A stretch of DNA of 56,331 bases from the IMG/VR virus record IMGVR_UViG_3300030451_001708, positions 1 to 56,331 of that record; one strand, written 5' to 3'. The DNA comes from a virus. Lineage: Duplodnaviria > Caudoviricetes. Of the stretch, positions 18,406-25,947 are shown piece after piece (the first letter of the stretch is position 1; the number at the start of each line of letters is the position of its first letter). The notes below the pieces were generated by a model. It was not told where the DNA came from. It was given only the letters and a program-made list of their open reading frames with translations, and did not search any database. A program made the position numbers and the translations under genes.

Positions 18406-18678
18406 ATGGCTAAATTATCTTATTCAAATTACAGAGACTCAGAGGTCAACCTTTCCATGTCACTAAAGGAGATGGAGGCACTCGATGCTTTCATCATAGA
18501 TCACGGTCACAATTTGGAAAGTTACTCACCTGTACGAGACACACACAAAGGTCTTCGTCAAGCGTTGGTTCGAGTACATCGGGACAATGCTCAGTCGGCA
18601 GAGTGGGGTGTCGATAAGTACGAGCAAGTAATTGAGTACAAGGTCAAGAAGAAAGGAGAAGTTGATGCTAAAGCGTAA
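18406..18678 (+). CDS. Hypothetical early protein
   Basis: AAGGAG SD before ATG 18406 (MAKLSYSNY). Confidence 0.75.
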   Translation: MAKLSYSNYRDSEVNLSMSLKEMEALDAFIIDHGHNLESYSPVRDTHKGLRQALVRVHRDNAQSAEWGVDKYEQVIEYKVKKKGEVDAKA

Positions 18679-18952
18679 TTTCAATTTTTACGCTGATGCA
18701 GGTCATGGTTGGTTGGAGGTAACTCCAGCCGATCTTGAGCGGGTCGGTATGAAAGTATCGGAGTTCAGCAACTACAGTTACAAGGATGAGATGCAGAAGT
18801 CATGTATCTATTATCTTGAAGAAGACAAAGATTGTTGGCAATTTTTGAACCGTTGGCATCAGTCAGTCGGTGATGAGAATACCTATACCGTAACTCAATA
18901 CGATATGGGTCAGAAGTGTTGGGTACGGGATCTAGCACATATTAATTGGTAA
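18665..18952 (+). CDS. Early phage protein (D-x-GHGWLxV...YLEED)
   Basis: AAGGAG SD; FYADAGHGWLEV, FSNYSY, YLEEDKD. Confidence 0.75.
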   Translation: MLKRNFNFYADAGHGWLEVTPADLERVGMKVSEFSNYSYKDEMQKSCIYYLEEDKDCWQFLNRWHQSVGDENTYTVTQYDMGQKCWVRDLAHINW

Positions 18953-18962
18953 GGAGATACAA

Positions 18963-19301
18963 ATGCCAAAAACAAAAAATCCATTTGGAAAATCACGAAC
19001 ACAAGAAAAGCCATACGCTATCTACAAGAACAATAGTGGTTGGGAATGGCGCATCTTGAAGACATACAAGCTTGCCAAAAACGAGGACGACTACTCTCGT
19101 TGGTTTGTAGCAGCTACGTCGCCACACATGTTTGACGGTCAGTTCGAACTGGGTGATGACTACGCAGTCAACATTCGGCGGCACGGCTACCTTGTACAGG
19201 CAGATGATGGATGGCTTGATGCTTATCCAGACGATGCAACGCCTAAAGCTTTGTCACATCAGGCAGGGCATACTGAAGATCCAACAGTAATTTGGTTCTA
19301 A
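18963..19301 (+). CDS. Early phage protein
   Basis: AAGGAG SD; NPFGKSR, PYAIY, GWEWRILKTY, RWFVAATSP. Confidence 0.75.
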   Translation: MPKTKNPFGKSRTQEKPYAIYKNNSGWEWRILKTYKLAKNEDDYSRWFVAATSPHMFDGQFELGDDYAVNIRRHGYLVQADDGWLDAYPDDATPKALSHQAGHTEDPTVIWF

Positions 19302-19308
19302 TCCAACC

Positions 19309-19328
19309 GTGGGGGCTTCGGTCCCCAC
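19309..19328 (+). promoter_or_regulatory. UUCG-tetraloop hairpin without a U tract (stabiliser or processing site)
   Basis: GTGGGGGC-TTCG-GTCCCCAC. Confidence 0.55.
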
Positions 19329-19346
19329 AAACCCACGGAGGATATA

Positions 19347-19601
19347 ATGGGTATTGAAATATCAAAAAGTGTAAAAGAGCAATTGGTTAAGGCATATAAC
19401 AAGCTCGATGATGTCAGAGCCATGTTGGAAAACGCTAACGACGACAGTAGGTTGATAGCAGAAGAAGCGGAAGACGATTCCGTTTGGTCTACGCATGATA
19501 CCATGTCAGACGATATGGATTTATGGTTGGCTCAAATAGGAGATCTTGAAAGTAACATGCTGCACTACTTGGATCTGGATGAGGATATACTCAATGTGTA
19601 G
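19347..19601 (+). CDS. Small acidic helical protein
   Basis: GGAGG SD; 84 aa, Asp/Glu-rich. Confidence 0.7.
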   Translation: MGIEISKSVKEQLVKAYNKLDDVRAMLENANDDSRLIAEEAEDDSVWSTHDTMSDDMDLWLAQIGDLESNMLHYLDLDEDILNV

Positions 19602-19806
19602 TTTTTATTTTGAAAAAGATTCGTTACGGTACGTTATAAAGTGGAACGGTAGTGCAACCTTTAACGTCTACTTGTTACCGTTAAGAGTTCCGAAAGATGA
19701 GATCGATGTCTTTACAGTGTATAACATTGATAACATTGAGATGGCTTATGAAGAAGCTGAACGATGGATACGGTATCACAATGAGCCAGATGAAAAGCAT
19801 ACATAG
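19594..19806 (+). CDS. Hypothetical protein
   Basis: Start overlaps the upstream gene end; WNGSATFNVY...EIDVFT. Confidence 0.65.
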   Translation: MCSFYFEKDSLRYVIKWNGSATFNVYLLPLRVPKDEIDVFTVYNIDNIEMAYEEAERWIRYHNEPDEKHT

Positions 19807-19831
19807 GAAGGGGAGCTTCGGCTCCTTTTCC
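19806..19831 (+). terminator. Rho-independent terminator
   Basis: GGAAGGGGAGC-TTCG-GCTCCTTTTCC right after the stop codon. Confidence 0.75.
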
Positions 19832-19978
19832 ACCCGGTTATAAAAGGTGCGTTGGCTCGATGCGCCAATCGCTTGCGCGTTGAAGACGCGCTTAAAATGA
19901 GTGACTTCGTCACGCTTTTAAGTTGCCGCGCCGAAGCCGCAAGATAGGCGCAAGGCCGATCAATTCGCAAGATTTAAC

Positions 19979-20007
19979 TTGTGTTTTATTTGAAATTTAT
20001 TTATTGT
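19979..20007 (+). promoter_or_regulatory. Candidate sigma70 promoter
   Basis: TTGTGT-17 nt-TATTGT in an AT-rich tract upstream of the SD. Confidence 0.4.
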
Positions 20008-20044
20008 GATTGTGTTAACTAACTAAGGAAATAAGGTGTATGTA

Positions 20045-20230
20045 ATGGATTTCGATAGATTATATAAAGAATTTGATAAGCAATGTAATTGCATTTATCC
20101 CAGCCCAGACGACGGGGATCATTATTACTATGATCCGCGTTTTGTCGAATTTTGCGATGATAACGAAATTGACGCGGATGAATTTGCCGAGCTTGTTAAA
20201 CAGAGACAAGGCTGGGGAAATAGCGCGTAA
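20045..20230 (+). CDS. Small acidic protein
   Basis: TAAGGTG SD; TAATG coupling to the next gene. Confidence 0.6.
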   Translation: MDFDRLYKEFDKQCNCIYPSPDDGDHYYYDPRFVEFCDDNEIDADEFAELVKQRQGWGNSA

Positions 20231-20913
20231 TGCTTAAATCAGCTATCATTTACAACGGGCAAAGCTTATTGGATGGTAAACCAATCGTAGTTATTGCCAC
20301 CTATTCCAATCGGAATACGAAGACTGGAAAGGTCGTGCAAACTTATATATTGCGCGAAGATATAAACCCATTGGAAGCTTCGAAGACTGGCGAAGACTAT
20401 TCTATTTGCGGCAATTGCCCAATGCGCGGCGAAGTAACAACTGATCCTAATCGCAAGATTGCCAAGGGTCGAAAGTGTTACGTTAACTTAGGGCAAGGTG
20501 TTTTGATTGTATGGAAAGCTTACAAACGCGGGGTTTATCAAGTTGGCGATGCCGCGGAAATGGGTCGCGGGCGTTTTGTCCGCGTCGGTACATATGGCGA
20601 TCCCGCCGCTGTTCCGTCGCACGTTTGGGATGACCTTTTATCCGAGTGTGATACATGGACAGCTTACACTCACCAGAAACCATGGCGACCAGATATAGCA
20701 ATGCAATCCGCCGATAGTTACGCGGAAGCAGTTATGCATTGGAAAGCAGGTCGAAGAACTTTCCGAGTTGTCGCGGATCTAGGGCAAGTCGATAAAGCAA
20801 ACGAAGCCTTGTGTCCAGCATCCAAGGAAGCAGGGCGGCGCGTCCAGTGTACCGCGTGTAAATTATGCAAGGGATCTAGTCTGGCAAAATCAATTGCCAT
20901 AGTTGAACATTAA
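20230..20913 (+). CDS. Cys-rich Gp88-like/radical-SAM-related protein
   Basis: CGNC...CYV, VRVGTYGDP, WTAYTH, CPAS...CTACKLC. Confidence 0.6.
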   Translation: MLKSAIIYNGQSLLDGKPIVVIATYSNRNTKTGKVVQTYILREDINPLEASKTGEDYSICGNCPMRGEVTTDPNRKIAKGRKCYVNLGQGVLIVWKAYKRGVYQVGDAAEMGRGRFVRVGTYGDPAAVPSHVWDDLLSECDTWTAYTHQKPWRPDIAMQSADSYAEAVMHWKAGRRTFRVVADLGQVDKANEALCPASKEAGRRVQCTACKLCKGSSLAKSIAIVEH

Positions 20914-20923
20914 TCCCTGGGAA

Positions 20924-20999
20924 TTGTGAGCCAGCTGCAGACAACACTGGCTCACAACATCGAGGCAATCGGGAAATTTGTATCTCGCCCGATTGCCTC
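20924..20999. terminator. Two tandem perfect hairpins between convergent genes
   Basis: TTGTGAGCCAG/CTGGCTCACAA (11 bp) and GAGGCAATCGGG/CCCGATTGCCTC (12 bp). Confidence 0.65.
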
Positions 21000-21020
21000 T
21001 ACAAAATTTTAAAAAATTCC

Positions 21021-21073
21021 GGCGCAAGAGGCGCAAGATCTATTGAGGCGCAAGAGGCGCAAGAGGCGCAAGA
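21021..21073. repeat. Five copies of GGCGCAAGA
   Basis: Copies at 21021, 21030, 21047, 21056 and 21065. Confidence 0.9.
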
Positions 21074-21441
21074 AACTCCCATAAAGCCGCAAGGTTCTTG
21101 AACCGCGAACCTTCGGTTTTCAAGAGTCCTTTCTCCAGTAAATCGACCCCTTTTTCACCGTCAAATAAAAATATGTCGCTCGTAGAGAGGTGCTTGACTA
21201 AGTAAAAACTCTTACCGCCTCGTGCCCAATATGCAGTATGCCACGCGATTTGATGAGGCGAGATCTTTACTTTATTGCTTTTTGCTGTCTTCAATTCCAT
21301 CCAGAACGGAAACCCATCCCAGACAATATGAACATCGGGAACACCGCCCCCATGTTTATTTTCTATTCGGGTTGCGAATGCTTTACTCGGGAGACTTTTC
21401 CGAATTGTGCTCCAAAAGTTCGCCTCTGGACCTCTGCTCAT
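21040..21441 (-). CDS. PD-(D/E)xK nuclease (VRR-NUC/Holliday junction resolvase-like)
   Basis: PEANFW, RIEN...GVPDV, WMELK, SPHQIAWH. Confidence 0.8.
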   Translation of the reverse strand: MSRGPEANFWSTIRKSLPSKAFATRIENKHGGGVPDVHIVWDGFPFWMELKTAKSNKVKISPHQIAWHTAYWARGGKSFYLVKHLSTSDIFLFDGEKGVDLLEKGLLKTEGSRFKNLAALWEFLAPLAPLAPQ

Positions 21442-21931
21442 TTGTTACATCCTCCGCTGTTCCATCTATGACAAACGCTTGAGGATATTGCTCTTGAAGT
21501 TTTGCTAGTCGTGCGACTATTTCATCTCTGGATAATTGATCCATGGTATTGATGTTTTCTCTTCTATCGATAGTCAAACCGCCCAATGCTGATCGTATTT
21601 TTTCAGCGTTGATTGCGGCAGAAAAATGACCTGCCTCCTCCGCTCCCAAAGAAAGTTTGTGTAATCTTTCAAGTTGACCCAACGTGGTCACACCATATCG
21701 TCGTTCTCTTTCTTCTCTGAGTTCTTGGATATACTCCACAACGTGTGGATAATCCCGACCATTTAAAAGTCTTGATGCATGATCTTTCGCTTGATTAGGG
21801 AGATAACCTGCCTTTCGTGCACATTCAGTGTTCGAATATATTCCCTCAACAATGTGTCTTGCAAAAGTTCTCTGTCGATTTGTCAGTTGTCGATTATGTT
21901 TGTCTTCGACCTTCTTTTTTATCGATGTCAT
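21383..21931 (-). CDS. terS: Terminase small subunit
   Basis: LTNRQRTFA...TECARKAGY...ASRLL...HVVEYIQEL HTH pattern; SAAINAEK...GL. Confidence 0.8.
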   Translation of the reverse strand: MTSIKKKVEDKHNRQLTNRQRTFARHIVEGIYSNTECARKAGYLPNQAKDHASRLLNGRDYPHVVEYIQELREERERRYGVTTLGQLERLHKLSLGAEEAGHFSAAINAEKIRSALGGLTIDRRENINTMDQLSRDEIVARLAKLQEQYPQAFVIDGTAEDVTNEQRSRGELLEHNSEKSPE

Positions 21932-22024
21932 ATTTGCCTCTCGTTGCCCTGATTTGCAAAGTATTCCTATATAGCGGAATTTTCCAGAGAAATCAGAAAA
22001 ACTTTCAAACAAAATGTTAGCTCT

Positions 22025-22200
22025 GGGCTGTGTTTACACTTTAACTGTAAACAGCAGACAGTAAGTGTAAACAGAAATATCTTCTGAAACATCTTATTTA
22101 TATGGGTGTGTTTACAGTATTTACAGTATTTACACCTGATTTAAATGAAAAAAAAAAAAAAACAAAATTTTTCTGGAAAACCCCCTATAGTGTAAATTTT
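22025..22200. promoter_or_regulatory. Candidate replication origin or operator array (TRTTTACA repeats, A15 tract)
   Basis: Six full and one partial TRTTTACA/TGTAAACA copies in an AT-rich divergent intergenic region. Confidence 0.5.
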
Positions 22201-22204
22201 GTAT

Positions 22205-22232
22205 TTGACACCAGTTGCCAGTCGTGTATTAC
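22205..22232 (+). promoter_or_regulatory. Sigma70-type early promoter
   Basis: TTGACA-16 nt-TATTAC upstream of the long plus-strand operon. Confidence 0.6.
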
Positions 22233-22276
22233 TTGTAATTATTAACAATTTAATCAAAGAGAGAAGGAACTAAACA

Positions 22277-22801
22277 ATGAACTTAGAAATGAAATCAATC
22301 AAGCACTTTGCATCTGGCAGTGAAGAAACATATTGCTACACCGCAGTCGTATATCTGGACGGCAAACCATTTGCTGATGTCAGCAACGATGGGCACGGTG
22401 GATCAGACTATGTACACCCTCATGACAAGTCACCATTGATCAAGGTCAAAGGTGCATGGCGCAAGAAGTATGATGAGATAGAAAAGTACTTCGCATCACT
22501 ACCTAAGCAAGATGTTGGCAAGTACGAGTGGTCACCCGAGGGTTTTGATCAGAAGTTTGAATACTGGTGCTCTGATCAAGTGTCTAATTTCTTGACCAAG
22601 AAAGACATGAAGAGACTTATGAACAGATGTGTCGTTGCTCAGATCAAAGAGGATGGGGAACTTAGGGTTTGTCAGTGGAACAAACCGAAGGGTAAACCTG
22701 ATTGGCTTTTGAAAGAGATGATCAAGAAAGAATATTCAGACGCTACTATTCTGAATGATCTATCCGAGGCGGACGCATTGGACATTTGGAGGACAGTGTA
22801 A
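22277..22801 (+). CDS. Early phage protein
   Basis: SEETYCYTA.VYLDGK...VSNDGHGG; SD present. Confidence 0.75.
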   Translation: MNLEMKSIKHFASGSEETYCYTAVVYLDGKPFADVSNDGHGGSDYVHPHDKSPLIKVKGAWRKKYDEIEKYFASLPKQDVGKYEWSPEGFDQKFEYWCSDQVSNFLTKKDMKRLMNRCVVAQIKEDGELRVCQWNKPKGKPDWLLKEMIKKEYSDATILNDLSEADALDIWRTV

Positions 22802-23325
22802 TGCCTAACTGGTGTGATCAAGAAGTTTACATTCACGGTGAGACGAGCATGGTTACTCATCTTTACTGGGAACTAAAAGATCGTCAGCGTTTTTGTGATG
22901 TGGTTCTCCCGATACCTTTAGAGGTTATCGGGCAACCCTTCGATGGCAAGGGCACATCTCCTCAGTACAACTGGCGTTGTGACAATTGGAACACGAAGTG
23001 GGAAGTCACGAACATTCAGATCATGGAAGAGATTGTGCATGGTGACGATCACTATCCGATACCGACATCATACTTCAGGTTCAAATGTTGGACGGCATGG
23101 GATGCACCTATTCCTGTGTGGGAGAAGTTGCATGAGTTGGGCATCGAAGTGCAAGCAGAATACGAGGTCGAAGGCATGGATGTCGTTGGTGAGTTCACGT
23201 TGGGTGAGCACCATTGTCGGACGCTCACGGATGAAGAGATCAAGGAACGAGAAGCAAGATGGGAGGAAGAACAAGAAATGGGTTTGGACTATTGGATTTC
23301 AAAAGTGGAGGAAGAAGATGCATAA
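22801..23325 (+). CDS. YubB/DUF1281-like ferredoxin-fold protein
   Basis: MPNWCDQ start, YNWRCDNWNTKW, TAWDAP, YEVEGM. Confidence 0.7.
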   Translation: MPNWCDQEVYIHGETSMVTHLYWELKDRQRFCDVVLPIPLEVIGQPFDGKGTSPQYNWRCDNWNTKWEVTNIQIMEEIVHGDDHYPIPTSYFRFKCWTAWDAPIPVWEKLHELGIEVQAEYEVEGMDVVGEFTLGEHHCRTLTDEEIKEREARWEEEQEMGLDYWISKVEEEDA

Positions 23326-23548
23326 GGTAGATCCGATGGAGCTTATGTTGAGCGATATCTTTGACAAGGTATTCTATAATAAGGAACGAAAACCAGATTA
23401 TTGTTGGGACTGTGACGGTGAAGGTATTGTCGATGTTGAGGTCTATCGACCCCACAATGTTGATCGCGACATTGGTGTCATTGATGTCAAACCAATGGAA
23501 TGTGAAACGTGCAGTGGCACGGGTAGAGTGGAGGTCGAAGATGAGTAA
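23318..23548 (+). CDS. DnaJ-type CxxCxGxG zinc-finger protein
   Basis: CWDCDGEG and CETCSGTG; GGAGG SD before ATG 23318. Confidence 0.75.
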   Translation: MHKVDPMELMLSDIFDKVFYNKERKPDYCWDCDGEGIVDVEVYRPHNVDRDIGVIDVKPMECETCSGTGRVEVEDE

Positions 23549-23786
23549 GCGAGTTTTAGATTTACCGATGGGGCACACATATCTTGTGCTCCCGAATGGA
23601 GCGGCTGCTCAACTCAACTACATGGACGTGAACACGTTGCAAGTTGCGTTGGATCATTTGCAAGAGCATCTACGTGATCTGGATGTGTCACGAGATCCAA
23701 GAGAAAAGGAGATGCGCAAGATGGAATTAGATAGCGTAGAGTTTCTCAGAGAGTTGTTGTCAGGAAGTTGGGGGGCAATGAAGTGA
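23541..23786 (+). CDS. Hypothetical protein
   Basis: GGAGG SD before MSKRVLDL; coupled on both sides. Confidence 0.7.
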   Translation: MSKRVLDLPMGHTYLVLPNGAAAQLNYMDVNTLQVALDHLQEHLRDLDVSRDPREKEMRKMELDSVEFLRELLSGSWGAMK

Positions 23787-24961
23787 GCGCATACTACAAC
23801 GAGATAGACCCATATGCTGCGGCATGGTTAAGAAACTTAATTAGAGATGGTCACATTGCCGATGGTGTGGTCGATGAGAGGAGCATATCGGATGTCAAAC
23901 CAGAAGAACTTTTTCAATTTACTCAGTGTCACTTCTTCGCAGGAATCGGGGTCTGGAGCCATGCGCTCAGAGCCGCAGGGTGGGAAGACGACAGACCAGT
24001 CTGGACGGGATCGTGTCCTTGCCAACCTTTCAGCGGTGCAGGCACAAGAAAAGGGATGGCTGACGAGCGGCACCTCTGGCCTCACTGGTTTCACCTCATC
24101 GAAGAGTGCCGACCTCCAACGGTCTTTGGAGAGCAGGTTGCAAGCAAAGACGGCCTCGGTTGGATCGACCTTGTACAAGCTGACATGGAAGGATCGGACT
24201 ACGCCATCGGGGCTTTCGATCTCTGCTCTGCGGGCTTCGGTGCACCGCACATCAGGCAACGTCTCTGGTTCGTGGCCGACACCGACAACCCGAGATCACA
24301 AGGGTGGATATCAGGGAGGTCGGATACGCAACGGCAAGATCAGCACGGACACGTTGGATGTGGCGGCACAACTGACAGGGTGGGCGACACCGACCACGGC
24401 GGATCACAAGGGAGCGGCGAAACCAGAGTCGGTGAAGGAGTGGAACAGTCGGGGTCACAACTTGCCGGAGCAGTCGCAGATGTCGGGGTGGACAACGCCA
24501 TCGGCAACGGACGGCACGAGGGGAGGAACTGGGATCACGGACGGAATGTCGGGGAGCAGCCTGACCCAGATGGCAAAGATGTCGGGATGGGCAACGCCCA
24601 ACACGATGGACAGTCTGCCTCTTCGGAGCCGAGAAGCAATGATCAAGATGCACCAGACGACGAGAAAGAACAGATCGTTTCCGTGCAATCTGAGGGAGCA
24701 AGTATCTCCCGAGATGATCGAAGCGGTGATGGAGGCAAAGGGGGAGATGACACCGAAACCCGAGCCTATGAGACTAACGGCTTCTGGTCAGCTGCGGACT
24801 GGCTCCTCTGCCGAGATGGAAAGTGGAGGCCAGTTGAACCCGACACATTCCCGTTGGCTCATGGGGCTACCGCCCGAGTGGGACGCCTCCGCGCCTACGG
24901 CAACGCCATCACATCGCAAGTCGCGCAAGGGTTAATCGAAAGTTACATGGAGGTTCGATGA
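23783..24961 (+). CDS. C5 cytosine DNA methyltransferase, alpha polypeptide (motifs I, IV, VI, VIII, X)
   Basis: GTGA-coupled start; FFAGIG, SCPCQPFS, FGEQV, APHIRQRLWFVA, LRAYGNAI. Confidence 0.9.
   Translation: MSAYYNEIDPYAAAWLRNLIRDGHIADGVVDERSISDVKPEELFQFTQCHFFAGIGVWSHALRAAGWEDDRPVWTGSCPCQPFSGAGTRKGMADERHLWPHWFHLIEECRPPTVFGEQVASKDGLGWIDLVQADMEGSDYAIGAFDLCSAGFGAPHIRQRLWFVADTDNPRSQGWISGRSDTQRQDQHGHVGCGGTTDRVGDTDHGGSQGSGETRVGEGVEQSGSQLAGAVADVGVDNAIGNGRHEGRNWDHGRNVGEQPDPDGKDVGMGNAQHDGQSASSEPRSNDQDAPDDEKEQIVSVQSEGASISRDDRSGDGGKGGDDTETRAYETNGFWSAADWLLCRDGKWRPVEPDTFPLAHGATARVGRLRAYGNAITSQVAQGLIESYMEVR
23847..24935 (+). CDS. Overlapping +1-frame methyltransferase beta polypeptide (four WxTP modules plus motif IX); true start uncertain
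   Basis: 362-codon frame nested in the MTase gene; GGQLNPTHSRWLMGLPPEW supplies the motif IX missing from the alpha frame. Confidence 0.75.
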   Translation: MVTLPMVWSMRGAYRMSNQKNFFNLLSVTSSQESGSGAMRSEPQGGKTTDQSGRDRVLANLSAVQAQEKGWLTSGTSGLTGFTSSKSADLQRSLESRLQAKTASVGSTLYKLTWKDRTTPSGLSISALRASVHRTSGNVSGSWPTPTTRDHKGGYQGGRIRNGKISTDTLDVAAQLTGWATPTTADHKGAAKPESVKEWNSRGHNLPEQSQMSGWTTPSATDGTRGGTGITDGMSGSSLTQMAKMSGWATPNTMDSLPLRSREAMIKMHQTTRKNRSFPCNLREQVSPEMIEAVMEAKGEMTPKPEPMRLTASGQLRTGSSAEMESGGQLNPTHSRWLMGLPPEWDASAPTATPSHRKSRKG

Positions 24962-25398
24962 TGTCAGAAACATTAAAATTGTTACGGCAAAAGAAACAAA
25001 TGAAACAAGAAGAGGTGGCTGAGAAGGTTGGTATAACGCAAGCAGCCTATAGTCAGTTTGAGCTTGGTCAAACAAAACCAAGAACCATTGTCCGTAAAAA
25101 GTTGGAAGCTCTTTTCGGACAACCAATTCAAGACCTTGCTTCTACACAAAAGAAGAAAAAAGTAGAACCAAACGAATATATATTTTTCAATGTGCAAGAT
25201 GCCCGACTGATCCAACGTGCGCTCTATTGGTATGCGACTGAGATCTCTGACAGAGTTAAAGAAAGAGAGAAAGACGAACTAAGATTTGGAAAAAGAGATC
25301 CAAGTATTTTTATGACGGTTTTTAAATCGGAGCAAGCCGAAGCAGAAAGAGTACATAAACTATTGAAAGAGAAACTTGATAAATTTGAGGAATTATAA
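24958..25398 (+). CDS. XRE-family HTH regulator
   Basis: LKLLRQKKQMKQEEVAEKVGITQAAYSQFELGQTKP. Confidence 0.85.
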   Translation: MMSETLKLLRQKKQMKQEEVAEKVGITQAAYSQFELGQTKPRTIVRKKLEALFGQPIQDLASTQKKKKVEPNEYIFFNVQDARLIQRALYWYATEISDRVKEREKDELRFGKRDPSIFMTVFKSEQAEAERVHKLLKEKLDKFEEL

Positions 25399-25745
25399 TG
25401 GCTGATGATTATGAACGTCTTGAAGCCTTGTTACGGAAGGCAAAAGATCCTGCGTGTTCTTTTGAGGAAGCATCGATGTGTCGGAAGAAAGCAGACGAAC
25501 TTATCAAAAAACTCGGTGAGCACAGAGCATCGAAAGAAAAGATATTTTTGAAAGGATTTTATACGAAAGAACCGAAGGGCAAACCTGCGTGGGTATTGTT
25601 TGATCTGAGTATACACAGAGAAGATTTCATTCGATGGCTACAAGAACAGGAGGGCGAGTGGATCAATGCACAAGTCTGTCGAAGTAGGAGCACAGACAAG
25701 TGGTACGCTGAAGTAAATCAATGGGAGAAGAAGGATGGAATATAA
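25398..25745 (+). CDS. Hypothetical protein (DUF2786-like N-terminal helices)
   Basis: RLEALLRKAKDPACSFEEA...KADELIKK; coupled. Confidence 0.6.
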   Translation: MADDYERLEALLRKAKDPACSFEEASMCRKKADELIKKLGEHRASKEKIFLKGFYTKEPKGKPAWVLFDLSIHREDFIRWLQEQEGEWINAQVCRSRSTDKWYAEVNQWEKKDGI

Positions 25746-25947
25746 AATAGAGAAGAATATACCCATGCCAGAGAAAAATAAAATGCGTGAGGTTGCATCT
25801 AAAATGGATGTTAAGGACAGTGTGTTTTTTGAAGGATCAAAAGGAAGATCAAAAGGATGTGACCTTGCCGCCAAACTAAAAAAGCTTGGACGGAAAGGTA
25901 GCTGTAGAAAGGTTGAAAATGGATATCGTGTTTGGAGGATAGCATGA
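25735..25947 (+). CDS. Small phage protein (IEKNIPMP...RVWR)
   Basis: YKIEKNIPMP, MDVKDSV, GYRVWRI. Confidence 0.7.
   Translation: MEYKIEKNIPMPEKNKMREVASKMDVKDSVFFEGSKGRSKGCDLAAKLKKLGRKGSCRKVENGYRVWRIA

Noticed and set aside
17620-18466. Several short ORFs in the large intergenic region
   Set aside because: They overlap each other on both strands, lack SDs and have atypical composition.
22943-23317. Apparent dual coding by the N-terminal extension of the 201-aa ORF
   Set aside because: A good SD and ATG at 23318 explain the zinc-finger gene; the extension has no motif, unlike the MTase overlap.
24252-24701. Minus-strand ORFs within the methyltransferase
   Set aside because: Expected in GC-rich DNA already constrained in two frames; no protein-like features.
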